DNA of 64,000 nt from Lama glama (Eukaryota), in assembly GCA_028534125.1 (NCBI GenBank), contig CM052817.1, positions 60,266,001 through 60,330,000 on the forward strand, written 5' to 3'. This document shows positions 25,615 through 37,422 of the stretch, in pieces. The translations under genes were made by a program, and so were the position numbers. Every line of letters starts with the position of its first letter. Position 1 is the first letter of the stretch. Under the pieces are notes generated by a model. That model was given only the letters and a program-made list of their open reading frames with translations. It did not search any database and was not told the origin of the DNA.

Positions 25615-26430
25615 CTTCATTTATTCATCCAACAAATATTCATTTAATACACAGAATTTACCAAGTACCATTTTGGGCATGAGAACAGTGAATAAATTTG
25701 ACAAAGCCCATAGGCTCATGATGCGTAAGTGGTGAGGAAGAATGTGGTGAGGATGAATGTGATGAGAAAGATGGGATCAACAATAAACACATAAATATAT
25801 CAAAGATAATGCCAGGTAGTGACAGGCAGTGTTAGTTTTGATGGAGTCTTTAGAGGAGGTATTTGGAGCAGAATCTTGAAGGAACAAAGTGAATTCCTCC
25901 AGAAGGGTCGGGGATGACAGAGGCAGGGGACTGCTTAGTGTGTCCACAGAACAGCAACATGAACACTGCTGGAAGAGAGTGAGTGCATGCCCAGGACAGT
26001 AGGAAATGAGACTGGAGAGAGATGCAAAAGATAGAGCCTTTGAAAGGAGGAGGGACATGTTTTATAAGGTTTTTATAAAGAGGAGGGACATGTTTCATCA
26101 TGTTTTACAAGACAGACCATGGAACCTTGGACTACTGTGAGAGAAGTGGATATGCAAAGAAAATCTGATTTGGGAATCACTTTAAAAGCAGAACCAACTG
26201 CACTTGTTGACGGATTGAATGTGGCTATGAGATAAACATACTTTCTCTGATGATTTCTGGGGTTTAGGACTTGAGCAACTCTTGGGGTAAATGGAAATAA
26301 GAGGTTTGGCAGAGGGAGGGGTAGGAAATTAAGAGTCCTATGTTTCTGTTTGATTATGTTTTGATGGGTTTTTTTAAAGACATAATTGTAATAGACTAAG
26401 TAGACAACTGGATGTGGAAGTCAGGGAGAG
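25615..26430 (-). mobile_element. L2 3' portion
   Basis: Begins with the L2 tail in antisense (ttcatttattcatccaacaaatatt) and continues in purine-rich L2 sequence. Contains a 15-bp tandem triplication at 25729-25773. Confidence 0.85.
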
Positions 26431-26432
26431 AT

Positions 26433-26959
26433 TTTTAAAAGAAAAATTGTGAGGCAGAGTTAAACAGTTAAGGAAGACTTTATTCAGGTGTTTTACAATT
26501 GGGGCCAAGACTGTTGCAGTAGGAAGGAAAGACTGAAGTCAACTCCGCTGAAACAAAAAGCTAAAGAATTTTTAAACACTGGGGTGAATAGTGGAAAAGT
26601 ACTTGAGGATGTTAGTAGGGAGGTTGGTCAATGTGATTAGGCCATCTGTGTTTGCTGATTGGTGCTTATGGAAGTTAGTCTCCTATATTCCCAGGGACTG
26701 GGAGATGGGGCTCTTATCTTTTTTTGCTTTATTACAATTTAAAGGGATGTTTACCAGGTCTTTGAGAAAGACATTCTTGAGTTGCAAAACTGGCAAGATA
26801 TTGGGAGAAGATTAATATCTCAAAGGAGCAGAGAAGAATTTATAATTGCAAATATTCTAAAGTTAACACTAAGAAAAAAGAGATTGGGTGCCTATAGTCA
26901 GGAAGAAATCTATCTAAAGTTCAGTCTAGCTGAGAGGAACCTTAAAACCATCTTGGTCA
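26433..26959 (-). mobile_element. Solo ERV1 LTR, MER67-like
   Basis: Minus strand starts tgaccaagatggttttaaggttcctctcagctagactgaactttagatagatttcttcctgactatagg, carries AATAAA near its end (plus-strand ctttattc) and finishes tttttcttttaaaa. Confidence 0.85.
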
Positions 26960-27099
26960 CATCTCAATCTTATGATACACCATATTGTGACAATTTGAAG
27001 GATTTTGTGACCCATTCAATTGGAAAAAAAAAGAACTACAGGGTCCAAAGAAAGAGAAACTTCCATCAGATGAATTTTGAATTAAAGACATTTCTCAAC

Positions 27100-28610
27100 C
27101 TTTGCATAACCTCATCCCTCTCGAGCTGCCACTCCAGTTTTCACTCCTTCCACCTGTATCAATTCTTTCCATTCTCTTTTCTATCATCTTACAAATTCAC
27201 TTCAGTCATACTTCCACACAGTCTACCATCAAAACTAATCTTTCCAAGTCATCTCTGTTTTTATGTTGTTCAATCCAGTGGTCAATTTGCAGTCCTCATC
27301 TTAATTACCTGAAATATTTGAACTGGTTGGTTGATCTCTTCCTCCTTCATACCACCCCCCTGCCTTTTTTTGTTTAACTGGCATCGATGGCCCACTCTCT
27401 CCCATTTTTCTTTTACCTGATTTCTCTTTCTCATCACCTTTCCTTGTTTCCCCTCAACTCCCTGACCTCTCAACAATGGCATGTTCTTTACCTAAACTCA
27501 TCTCTAAAGAGAATTCACTCTTACAGCTTTCAGTACCATCGTATACTGATGAATCTTATGTTTACAATGCCAGTCTCAGCCACGATCCCCCAGACTCTAC
27601 ACTCATATGTTTAACTGCCTATTCTAAATCTCCACATGCTTACTTTAAATCTAAACTGTGGAAGTCCTAAACTGAACCCTTTAAGCTTGGTCCTCTCACT
27701 TCAATTTCAGCAAAGGTAGCTACTTCCTACTGCTTGCTCAGACAAAATTTCTTAGTTATCCTAGACTTTTCTTCGTCTTCATATTCCATATCCATATCAC
27801 GGTGCTTTTACAATCTCACCCAGAATCTGATTATTTCCCAAACCTCCATGGCTAATTTCCTGATCCAAGATTCCATTTTCTTTTTCCTGATGAAAGCAGT
27901 AGACTATTAACTGTTCTTTTTTCATCTATCCTGCCCTCCTAGACTTTAAAAAAACAAAACAAAACAAGACAACCAGAAGAAACTCTTTGAGATGTAAGTC
28001 AGATCTCTCAGTCATCTGCCCTGAATCTTCCAGTGGCTTCACTTTCCACTCTGAGTAACAGCCACAATTTATAAAATGCCTTCAGGATACCTTCAAGATC
28101 ACATAAGTGGTTTGCCTTTTTCAGCTTTTGGATCTTTTATCAGCCAGTACTCTCTCATTTGATCTTAACATTTAGCGTAGAAGCTTCCTAGCTGTTCCTG
28201 CAGCAAGCCAAGTACCATGCTATCCCGGAACTTTTACACCTTCTGTTTTACTTCGTCTGCTTCCAGCCATCCACATAGCTCTTCTCTTTTTCGGGATTCT
28301 GCTCCAATGGAGTCTATGAGTGAGACCCTCCTTAGCACCTATGTAAAATAACAATTCCCACCTGATTCCAGGACTTTTTTTTTCTTCCTTTCATGCTTTC
28401 TTTTTCTCCATAATATTTTCACCACTTGGTGAACACTTATTCTGCTTATTTATTTGTTCATCACTTGTCTCCTATTCTGCACCCTTCCCGTGAGGGTATA
28501 TGATTCATGAGGGCAACAGATTGAACCTCTATTGTTCATTGTAGTTTCTCCTGAGAATACAGAGGGAGTATGTGGTTGATGCTTAAAAAACTACTTTCAG
28601 AATGACTGAA
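27100..28610 (+). mobile_element. L2 LINE, about 1.5 kb 3' portion
   Basis: atccagtggtcaatttgcagtcctcatctta; tgtaagtcagatc...cttccagtggcttc; catgagggcaacaga...attgttcattgtag...gatgcttaaaaaactactttcagaatgactgaa. Confidence 0.85.
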
Positions 28611-29081
28611 GATGGTGCATAGAATTTTGGCTTTATGATGGATGACATAATCTTATTTTCATTATGATGCATTTATTATTTTCTGTCATTATTTTTGTTT
28701 CTTCACTTCTATATGGAATTGTATCCAAACCCTAGCTCAGATGCTCTTCACTTCCATTTTAAGAGTGATGTATTCTCTGGGACCCCTGAAATGTTTCAGC
28801 CTGAACCACCAACTAAAGGGTATATACTAGGCAACTGTCAAATGACTAGCACTGCTAGTCAACACAGAGTCCTTATTACTAAGTCATTTATAAATATTGA
28901 AGGGAAAACTCATAAATCCATTTAAAATTCCACAGTTCTGTCATATAATTTGTGAATAAAGCACCCATTCATATAGTCGTATCAACTATTCAGTAGCATC
29001 TTGCTGCCCACAGGAGAGCTGTGTGGTATGACCCCTTGTCTCCCTAGCTGTCCTTTTCTTTGCTTCTTCTTTACTCTCTGC

Positions 29082-29257
29082 CAGGGCTGGTTTCAGGTGT
29101 ATTTGACCTGTGCAGTCTCACTGAACTCCACATTTAGGAGGCCCCACATCTGATTTTGTGCTCTGCTGTTATTGTCTTGAACTTCTTAATTGTCTTTAAT
29201 CAAGAGGTCCTCATTTTTATTTCTAAGTAGGCCTTGAAAATTATGTAATTGGTCCTG
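29082..29257 (+). mobile_element. MER91A (hAT-Tip100 MITE), full length with 8-bp TSD
   Basis: cagggctggtttca...gacctgtgcagtc...tgctctgctgttattgtcttgaacttcttaat...aaattatgtaattggtcctg. ctctctgc at 29074-29081 and 29258-29265. Confidence 0.92.
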
Positions 29258-30759
29258 CTCTCTGCTCCCACCTAGAGAATCCCCAGCAACAATAACACAC
29301 GTAAATGATGCAGTTGAAAAACAGTGGCTTTCAATTTCTGAAGCCTAGAAAAATTATGAAGCCATTATTTAAGGAAAAATTTCATGCATGTAAATATAAT
29401 TAGAGCCGGAGAATAATGAGCTAATACAGTGATCTTATTTTGTGAAGAGATTAACTGAGATGAGTGGAATTTCTCAAGATTTTAGATTAATATTGTGTTA
29501 TTAATCTTCATAAATATCACATCCTGATTTCCCATTAGGTGGAGAGGGAAGCATTTACAAATGATTAAAATGAGGCACAGAGCAAATAAATTATGAACTT
29601 TCCAAGGAAGCACCAACTCATAGTTTTAAACTAAGAAAGGGCAAATAGAAATAAAGAGAAATTTGACTGTTCTTTCAATTTCAAGATGTAATTCAAGATT
29701 TACTACCTTCAGCTTTTTTTCTCAGATTAAAACCTACCCCTTTCTCTGTGAGATGTAATACATTTTAATATATTTTTATTTCTATATATTTAATAAATAC
29801 ATTTTTACTAATATTTTAATATAGTAGACTCACTAAAGTATTGATTTTGAATTTGAAAGTAAACTGAACATTTCAAAACATGGCTTCTTAGATAATATGG
29901 ATTATATTTTTCCTTTTTATTGGCACTATATAGTAATATATTTTAAAACTACAAGCAATTTCTATATTGTGGTTGCGATACTACTAAGCAATGTTTGTTT
30001 TTTAAAATATCCCTCTATAGCTATAAATAAAAAAACATATAAAGTACCAATGTCCTAGGTATTTTTTCATGCTAAAAACAAGTCATCTTTTAAAAGATAC
30101 AGTGTTTATATTTCAGGATGAAGAAGTAGGGTTAATGAAATCTGCTATATTAGAAAAACAAGAAAAATAATAAAATAAGAATACCAAATTACGGGTAATT
30201 ATTTTACAGAAGAGACCACTGTTCATCAGCATTTTCAAATGTGTAATGAAAGCTATCAGATTATTTATATGACAAACAGTGAATTATTGGAAAAGTTGTT
30301 TTAAAAAAAATTCCCTCACTTCTTCTGCCCACTGTTAAGAAAAAAATAACTAGGAGAACTTACTGGGAGGGCATGGTCAGGAAAACACATGTGTTATTCA
30401 TGTACAAGGTTGCTGTTTCTTAGAGATGCACCTAAAACTGCCTGTGAACTGATAGCTGCTCTTGAGAGCACTGTGTGTCCCAGTGCTGGAAGGGGACACA
30501 GCTGGAGAAGTGTGCAGGGCATTTTCATCTTCAAATCAAACACAAATTTGGAAGACATTTAGTACTACATATGTAAAACCACTGCTCTTGACAAAGGACA
30601 GTTTCTGTTCTCTCTCCATTTTCTGGCACCCATGCTAAGCTTTGGCTCAATGATTCTTTAAAGGGAAGGCTATAAAATACATAACAATTTTCTGGCATTT
30701 AATCATGAATGTTTTGTAATTCAAATCTTTTCTTCCTTATTTTTGTTCCTCCCTTCCTT

Positions 30760-30880
30760 CCCTTGTTCCTGATAGTGTTTCTTTAGCACCTGTCAAGCTT
30801 TAGGTCTTGTTTTAGGTATTGGGGGCCATGGTTAACAGTCGAGGTCACTGCTCTTGTGGAGCTGACAGTCCAGTGGCCAA
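30760..30880 (-). mobile_element. L2 3' fragment
   Basis: agcacctgtc...ttttaggtattggggg...ctgctcttgtggagctgacagtccagtgg. Confidence 0.7.
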
Positions 30881-32454
30881 AAGCTTTATCATTCAAAGGC
30901 ATAATACATCCATCAACTGAACTTTTAACAATAGACTTTTGAAAATTCATAAGACAAAAAAACTGCAGCACAAGACTAGAGAGAAGAGGAGAGAGATAAG
31001 AGATAAGGGAGGACAGGAGAGAAAGAGAACTAATTTATTTTATATCTTTTAGATATTTTAGGGAGATGAAAGGGAGATTGTGGAATTCTTTGTTATGAGC
31101 ACTTGTTATCATGGAATTTTAGTGATCTTAAAAGTGCTGCTACCAAATGTTTTATGTGATCCACTCTTTTGTGGATATAATTTAGGACCTGCTATCCTGA
31201 GAACTTCGCCTCTCAATGGGCCTCCTCTTGAGAGCTGTAGTCAGTACCTGACACCTTGGACATCCTGGCTTTAAGTAGACTAAGGTTGCACTCAGTTTAA
31301 GGAGAAAAATACCTCTTTTGATTCTACAAATATTTTTGTACCATTCTTTATAACTGTTATATAGTTCCATCTGAAAATTTGCCAGCAGATTCTGTGTGTT
31401 TTAGTCTAGGCATAATTGAAGAGTAGCAAGTTTTATAAAGAGATTAACCTAAAGCAGTGTGAGGAATTCCAGGGGTTCCAGTGGTCTGTCATTCAGTAAG
31501 GATGTAAGGAATCTCAGAAAGCCAGGAGAACTTCCTAAAGCACCTTGGTAAAAATATCTCTCAGTTCAACCTGCCTCATAAGTCCTGTCATAGTGTAGCT
31601 TATGATTATGAATGTGGGGCTATTTTCAGCTACCAAGTAGCCCTGATAATTTCACCTCATTTATAAGTTATTCTTGGAACATGGAAATAGGAAGTTTCAG
31701 AGGTCAGGGCCAGAACCAAAGGATAATTTTGAGCTAGTTTGCAGGAGTCATTGCAAAAAGAGAGAAGATAGAACTAAACTAGTCGTCCAGGTTTATCTTG
31801 GGCAGGATCACAGACCTGAATATTAAAACACTAACGTAAGGGTACTTTTCTGTGGGCATTCAGACTACCAGCAGAGTTTTAAAGGAATCAAAAACATGAC
31901 ATTGAAACGATTTTTTGCAAAGCAACCTAAAAGCATTCTCACGCATTGTTCTTAAGTAATTATATCTTGCCTCTTATTATCCACCAGGGTAAAATAGATA
32001 TTTCCTCTCTTACTCTTATTGGAAACTATTAATGTTGTCTGTCAGAATGCAAATAAGCTAACTTTGCTTGGGAACTTCGGTTATGTGAAGCAATCCAGTG
32101 TTACACGACATTTAATATTTGCCCTTTCTTGTAGGTACAGTCATAGTTTTATTTTCTCTTATTAAGGAGATGTCCACAGAAGGAAAGCGTTGTATAATAT
32201 TGAGGCTGAAAGATAGAATTTATGCTAAATATAATTTAGAAATTGAGTCCCATTTCTCAGAAATGACCAAAAATTTAAGCTATAAAAATAGGCTGGCACC
32301 CATGGATTGAGGCACAGCTGCTATAACCACACTTTTTATTAAAGAACAATATCTTCCGAGTTCAGTAGCTCTTTCAGGTCTTTCTATCCTGAAGGCCACT
32401 ACAGGTCTTATTTTTGTTATACAATATGACATTTATTTTTTTTTAATTGACATA

Positions 32455-32800
32455 TAGGGGAGAATTCACTTCCAAACTCCCTCCCATTGCCATTGACAGC
32501 TCCAAATAGTCGCTGGATGAAGCCAACTTCAGTTCCTTGTCACATGAGCCACTCCACAGTGCAGCTCACAAAGTGGCCTCTGGCTTCTCTCACAGCCAGT
32601 GAATGAAAGAGGGGAGCTCAAAACAGAAGCCATCGTCTCTTTGTAGTCTAACCTCCAGAGTGACATCCTGACAATCGGTACTCTGTTTACTAGAAGCAAG
32701 TTATAAGGTCAGCGTTCTCTCCAGGGGAGGGAATAGCACAAGGCCATAATTACTAGGAGATGAGAATAATTGGGGGCCACCTTGGAGAATACGTACCATA
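32455..32800 (-). mobile_element. MLT1 (F/G/H-type) LTR fragment
   Basis: cagttccttgtcacatgagccactccacag...tggcctctggcttc...acagaagcc...tagaagcaagtt...ttgggggccaccttggag...taccata. Confidence 0.8.
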
Positions 32801-35800
32801 ATCCCTCTGGGCCAGGAAGCTTTTAAAGAATGATTCTCTGCCTCGGGAACTGCTGTGGGCTTTTGGGAGATTCCTGTCACTAGAGCCCTCTCACCCATGG
32901 TTACTTTGATCAAGCAATGCATCTCTATTTCAGGGGATCATTTAGGGTTCCTCCATTAGCCTCTCAACCAAGATGGCCTTATTAGCCTTCTTAGGATCTA
33001 AAACACTGCTCTCCTCCTAGGAATGCACATCTGGTACACCAAAAAATCTTCTATACTGCTACCAATGATAGGAGTGCAGATTGATCCCAGCACAGCCGCT
33101 ATTATATATGCTGCCAAGATGCTCATTTACACACAGTGCCACATAATTCAGTCTCCCACTCTCCTGTCACTTGTGCACTCTCTACTCTTATGTCTCTTGG
33201 TAAAACAATCCTTATTAAAAAAAAAAACTAATGCATTTTAGTATGGAAACAGATACTCTAGGAAAATTATTATATACTTAATTACTGGAAATCAGACTCA
33301 TTTAAAATACAATCACTATCTTCAGGGAAAAAATATCTTTATTGTTTTCCAAATAATCATAAAAAGATAAGGAAATTAACCAGTAGAACCAATAAATTAA
33401 CCGAAACACATAGCAGACATAGCTTTTAGATGCCTTTAGCTGTCACCAAAATGAAGTATAATTTACTTTCTTTTGTTTATGACTAGCAATACTCTCATAT
33501 TTCTCTCTGGTCCCACTCTATTGGGGACTTTCTGCATTCCATTAGGCTCTGATTACTGGGTAGTGGTGTTGCAATTCAACATTTTCATAGTATTGGCATG
33601 AAATTATAGTAAATAACTGGGAAAATGAAAAAAACACAGCTCTTATTCTGTAAGAAATAAGTGATTTCACCTTTGTTTTATCTAAACAGTTGATAACGTT
33701 GGATAAAATTTGCCAATCTTATTAACTAAAGATAGTAATGAGTAAAGAATTCACAGTAGGAAAAGTACAAAGCATTATATCTATAGATTGTTGGCCCTAA
33801 AATATATAGCTGTTCTACTTATTGCATAACTCTGGAACATTCCTTGGTTTTTCAGTGTAGTTGATAGAGTATAGGTAAACATCCCTTTTTTATTTTAATT
33901 TGAAGATTAGCACTTGTTTGAGCATCTACAAAACACCAAATTTCTCTGCAACTTAATTTCACTGTTTGTGTAAGAGGAAGACAGGATTAGTGACCTCCCA
34001 AGTCCCTGCTACCTCTAGGATCCTGTAATTGTATTAGAAGTGCTGGCATAGTCTCTTCTTGGGGAAGTAGAAAGAACAAAAGAAATACATTCGTGAACCC
34101 TCTCCATATAGATTACAAAGACATTAAAGAAAACATCACTAATAATGACAGCAGTAACTAAGAAATAAAAGGGTTTTGACTGGTGCACACAGTCTAAGAT
34201 TTGAAGGGTAGTTTTAGGCCAAGGTGGTAACAGACATTTTGGTACATGAATTTGGCCTTAAAGTTTAGCAGGATTCTCATAGTCAGAAGTATATCTTAGA
34301 GATAGTGTTTTTTCCTATTCCTCTCCTTCACACTGTAACAATGGAAAGGGTACATGGTTATTATCAGCAGGAGCAACTAGACCAAAATTCATCAGAATGG
34401 ATACAGTTTTACTTCTGCCCTGCTTAATTGTGATAACTTCAGCCGGAACCACTTTCAAATATAGGAGAAAAGAAATCTTTTGAAAAGCAAGTGCAACAGG
34501 CACTATCGGGAATAAGTGTGCAAGTTGGTCTGCGGTTAATCTAAAATGATATTTGGCTTTGCATTGCCTATATTAATGTTGAAAAATCAAAGAGAAAATT
34601 GGAGATTTTTGTTGTTACTGCTGTTTAAGCATCCTGGTTAATTAACTCACTTTTCCTTGCATATACTGAACTTTCTGAGGTAACCTAGGTATTTTTACAA
34701 AGTGCATTACTGATCACTTAAATGTATTCAAGCCATAATCATGTAGATGATGACCTTGTGGCCTGATAGAGCTTATGTGAACCTTGTGCGTGCTCTAGGG
34801 CATTTCTGATCAATGCAAGGTATCATTAGTGTCACGGAAAGTTAGAATATGCAGCGTATGTCCTAAGGATTCACATTAGTAGTTCCTGGGCACCAATTAT
34901 GTTATGTCTTTAGGACACTAAGAAAAGATTTTTAATTGAATAAATGCTAATGAACATGGAGAGAAAGTAGCTAATAATTTAAGCAGATGCACATTCATAT
35001 TTTACAGTTACTGAAAGACTGTATTTGCTACTGTTAGTTTCATGGGTTGAATTTTTCTGAAGTCCATGAAGGTGGTACAGTAGTGATATTTCTGTGCTGC
35101 TGCTGCTCAAAAGGCAGTATACACAAGCTAAAGAAAATCTGAGATTGCAAATTCTGAGTTTATTTAATTCTTCTGCCTGTTTACAGGTATCTGTCGTAAC
35201 TCCACGGCCTCATGCACAGCCCCACAGAAATCTACAAACTAATAAAGGACTGTGATGTTCCAGACGTGTGTCTGGCTAGCCTTGTCTGCGTGCCTTCTTT
35301 GTCTTTATCTTCATCTTTTTCCTCCTAGTGCCTCTAGCTTTGACATCCTGTCACATCTGTTCCGATGGTGAGTGTCTTGGTTCCCTCAAGTTCATGGCTT
35401 GTCTCTTCCGTTATATCACGTGGTCCAAAACTTCTATTTACTGACTTCATTTCACTTAGTATACTATGCACTATACACTGTCCAGCTCTTTCGCATTTCT
35501 CATTCCAGCTTTACAGATCAGGAGATGATTCTATGAATGATTCTGCCTACCACTTTATTATCTGAAACATTATTCTCTTATACTTTGGTTTTCTACTTTC
35601 ACGTGTATGTTTTTATATAGACTCTGAAGAAGTGGAGACCATGCCATGAACTCCATGTTATGAGTAGTCGTTTCGTAAGCAAAGAAGTTCTGGGCACTGC
35701 ATAATGCTGTAATATTTTAGAATTTAGTATGGTATCAGTAACATAAAATAACTTTGAGAAGAGCAGGCTTAATTACTCAGTGTCTTAGAAAAAATATGTT

Positions 35801-36644
35801 TAATTAATTTTAAAAATGGCAGTCAAAGATACAAACACATGTAGAATGCTTAGAAGTCCTATAGAATATAAGGTAGTCATCAGAAAAGGCACTGACATTT
35901 GTTGTATATTTGAATCTGTGTAATAAACAATCACTGTCATAAACTTTAAATAAGTAAATCAAATTTTGCTATAACTGTCAAATGCTCTTATAATATTTGC
36001 AGTTTCATTCATGTTCTTCTCTTTATTTCCCTCACGATATTACATCTTTGGCACATTTAAGCCGTGACCAGGGATGACCAATAATGATCTCTGTCAGTCA
36101 TTCTTCAGGTATCTAGTTTTTGTGATAAAAATGCCAGGATTCTCCACTGAATTTTTTCTGAAATGCACATTTTTCTTTCACCTAAAGGGCAATGTAGAGT
36201 AAGAGAAATAGTGAAACCTTCCAAGATAAAAAATGAATGCTGAAGGAATTTCAACATTTGAGACTCTCATAACCATTTAAAGCCACCTTCCTTTATATAT
36301 ATAAAGGATTTAGAAAGTTTTCAGAAGCTGATTTAAATACTTATTTTAAAAAATTATAAATTGTGTTCAAGATCTTTTAGTATCTGAAAGAATATTCTGA
36401 GGAATAACCTTATACTAACATTTTAATTATAGTGGTTTTCAAGAAGAATAATTCACTGATTTTCCTTACTCTTTTTATGAGGAAAGACCTCTTCATCTTC
36501 CAACTCCATTGTTCATTGACAAGTGGGATGTCTGAATCATACCCATTTAGAATGCATCATGCAAGCGTTTTCACACTAAGTTGTTTAGCTTTGTCTATTT
36601 GCCTTAAGTCTTGCAATCGAATCTACTAAAATTTCATTGCCAAA

Positions 36645-37422
36645 GTATAAAATAAATACCCATGAGTCCATTTTGATGAGTAAATGATTGAATAAATTAA
36701 TGGGAGAGAAGAAACAAATTTCCCAAGTAGAAGAACCCCAAATAATTTTGTAGCTATTCCACCCTCAAGCAGAGGGAGTATAGCTTCCCACTCCTGAAAT
36801 GTGTGAGGTACATAGTGTCTTCCTTCCAAAGTCTAAAGCATGGAAAAGGGTAACTTCACTGTAGAGAAACTTGACAAACACCATCTCAATCAGGTGATCA
36901 AGGCCAATATCAACAGTTATAAATCATGTATACTTGATAGGATGACATGATGTGATAGAAATGACACTTTACCTTTGATCTTCCTTCCAATAACTAATAA
37001 TCAACAAGTCTTATCATGAATTAAAAAATCCCAGAAAATTCCAGTAATGAGGCATCCTACAAAATACCTAACCATTACTCCTCAAAACTGTCCAGGTTAT
37101 CAAAAGTAAGGAACATCTGCAAAATTGCCAGCCAAGAGAAGCCAAAAGAGACATGGCAACTAAATGTAATGTGGTATCCTGGTTGGAATCACAATACAGA
37201 AAAAGGACATTAAGCAAAAACTAAGGAAATCTAAGCTAAGTATGGACTTAATAATAATGGATCAATATTGGTTAATTAATTATTGTAATACATGCATTAT
37301 GCTAACATAAGATGTTAATAATTGGAGAAAGTGAGTTGGGATATATGGGACCTCTGTATACTATCTCCTTAAAATCTCTTCTAAATCTAAGTTGGTTCTG
37401 AAAAAATAGTATTTGAAAAAGA
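36645..37422 (+). mobile_element. L1MC3/L1MC4-type 3' end
   Basis: gagaaacttgacaaacaccatctcaatcaggtgatcaagg...ctcctcaaaactgtccaggttatcaaaa...gagacatggcaactaaatgtaatgtggtatcctgg...taagatgttaataattggagaaa. Confidence 0.88.

Noticed and set aside
26047..26095. 16-bp direct repeat gaggagggacatgttt
   Set aside because: Local duplication within L2; no functional signal.
26782..27312. Longest ORF in the track (176 aa)
   Set aside because: Starts at a non-ATG codon, runs across an LTR/L2 junction and shows no recognisable domain; a chance ORF.
34085..34110. attcgtgaa...tccatat resembling the U6 snRNA 3' end
   Set aside because: Match is too short and gapped, and the upstream sequence does not continue as U6.
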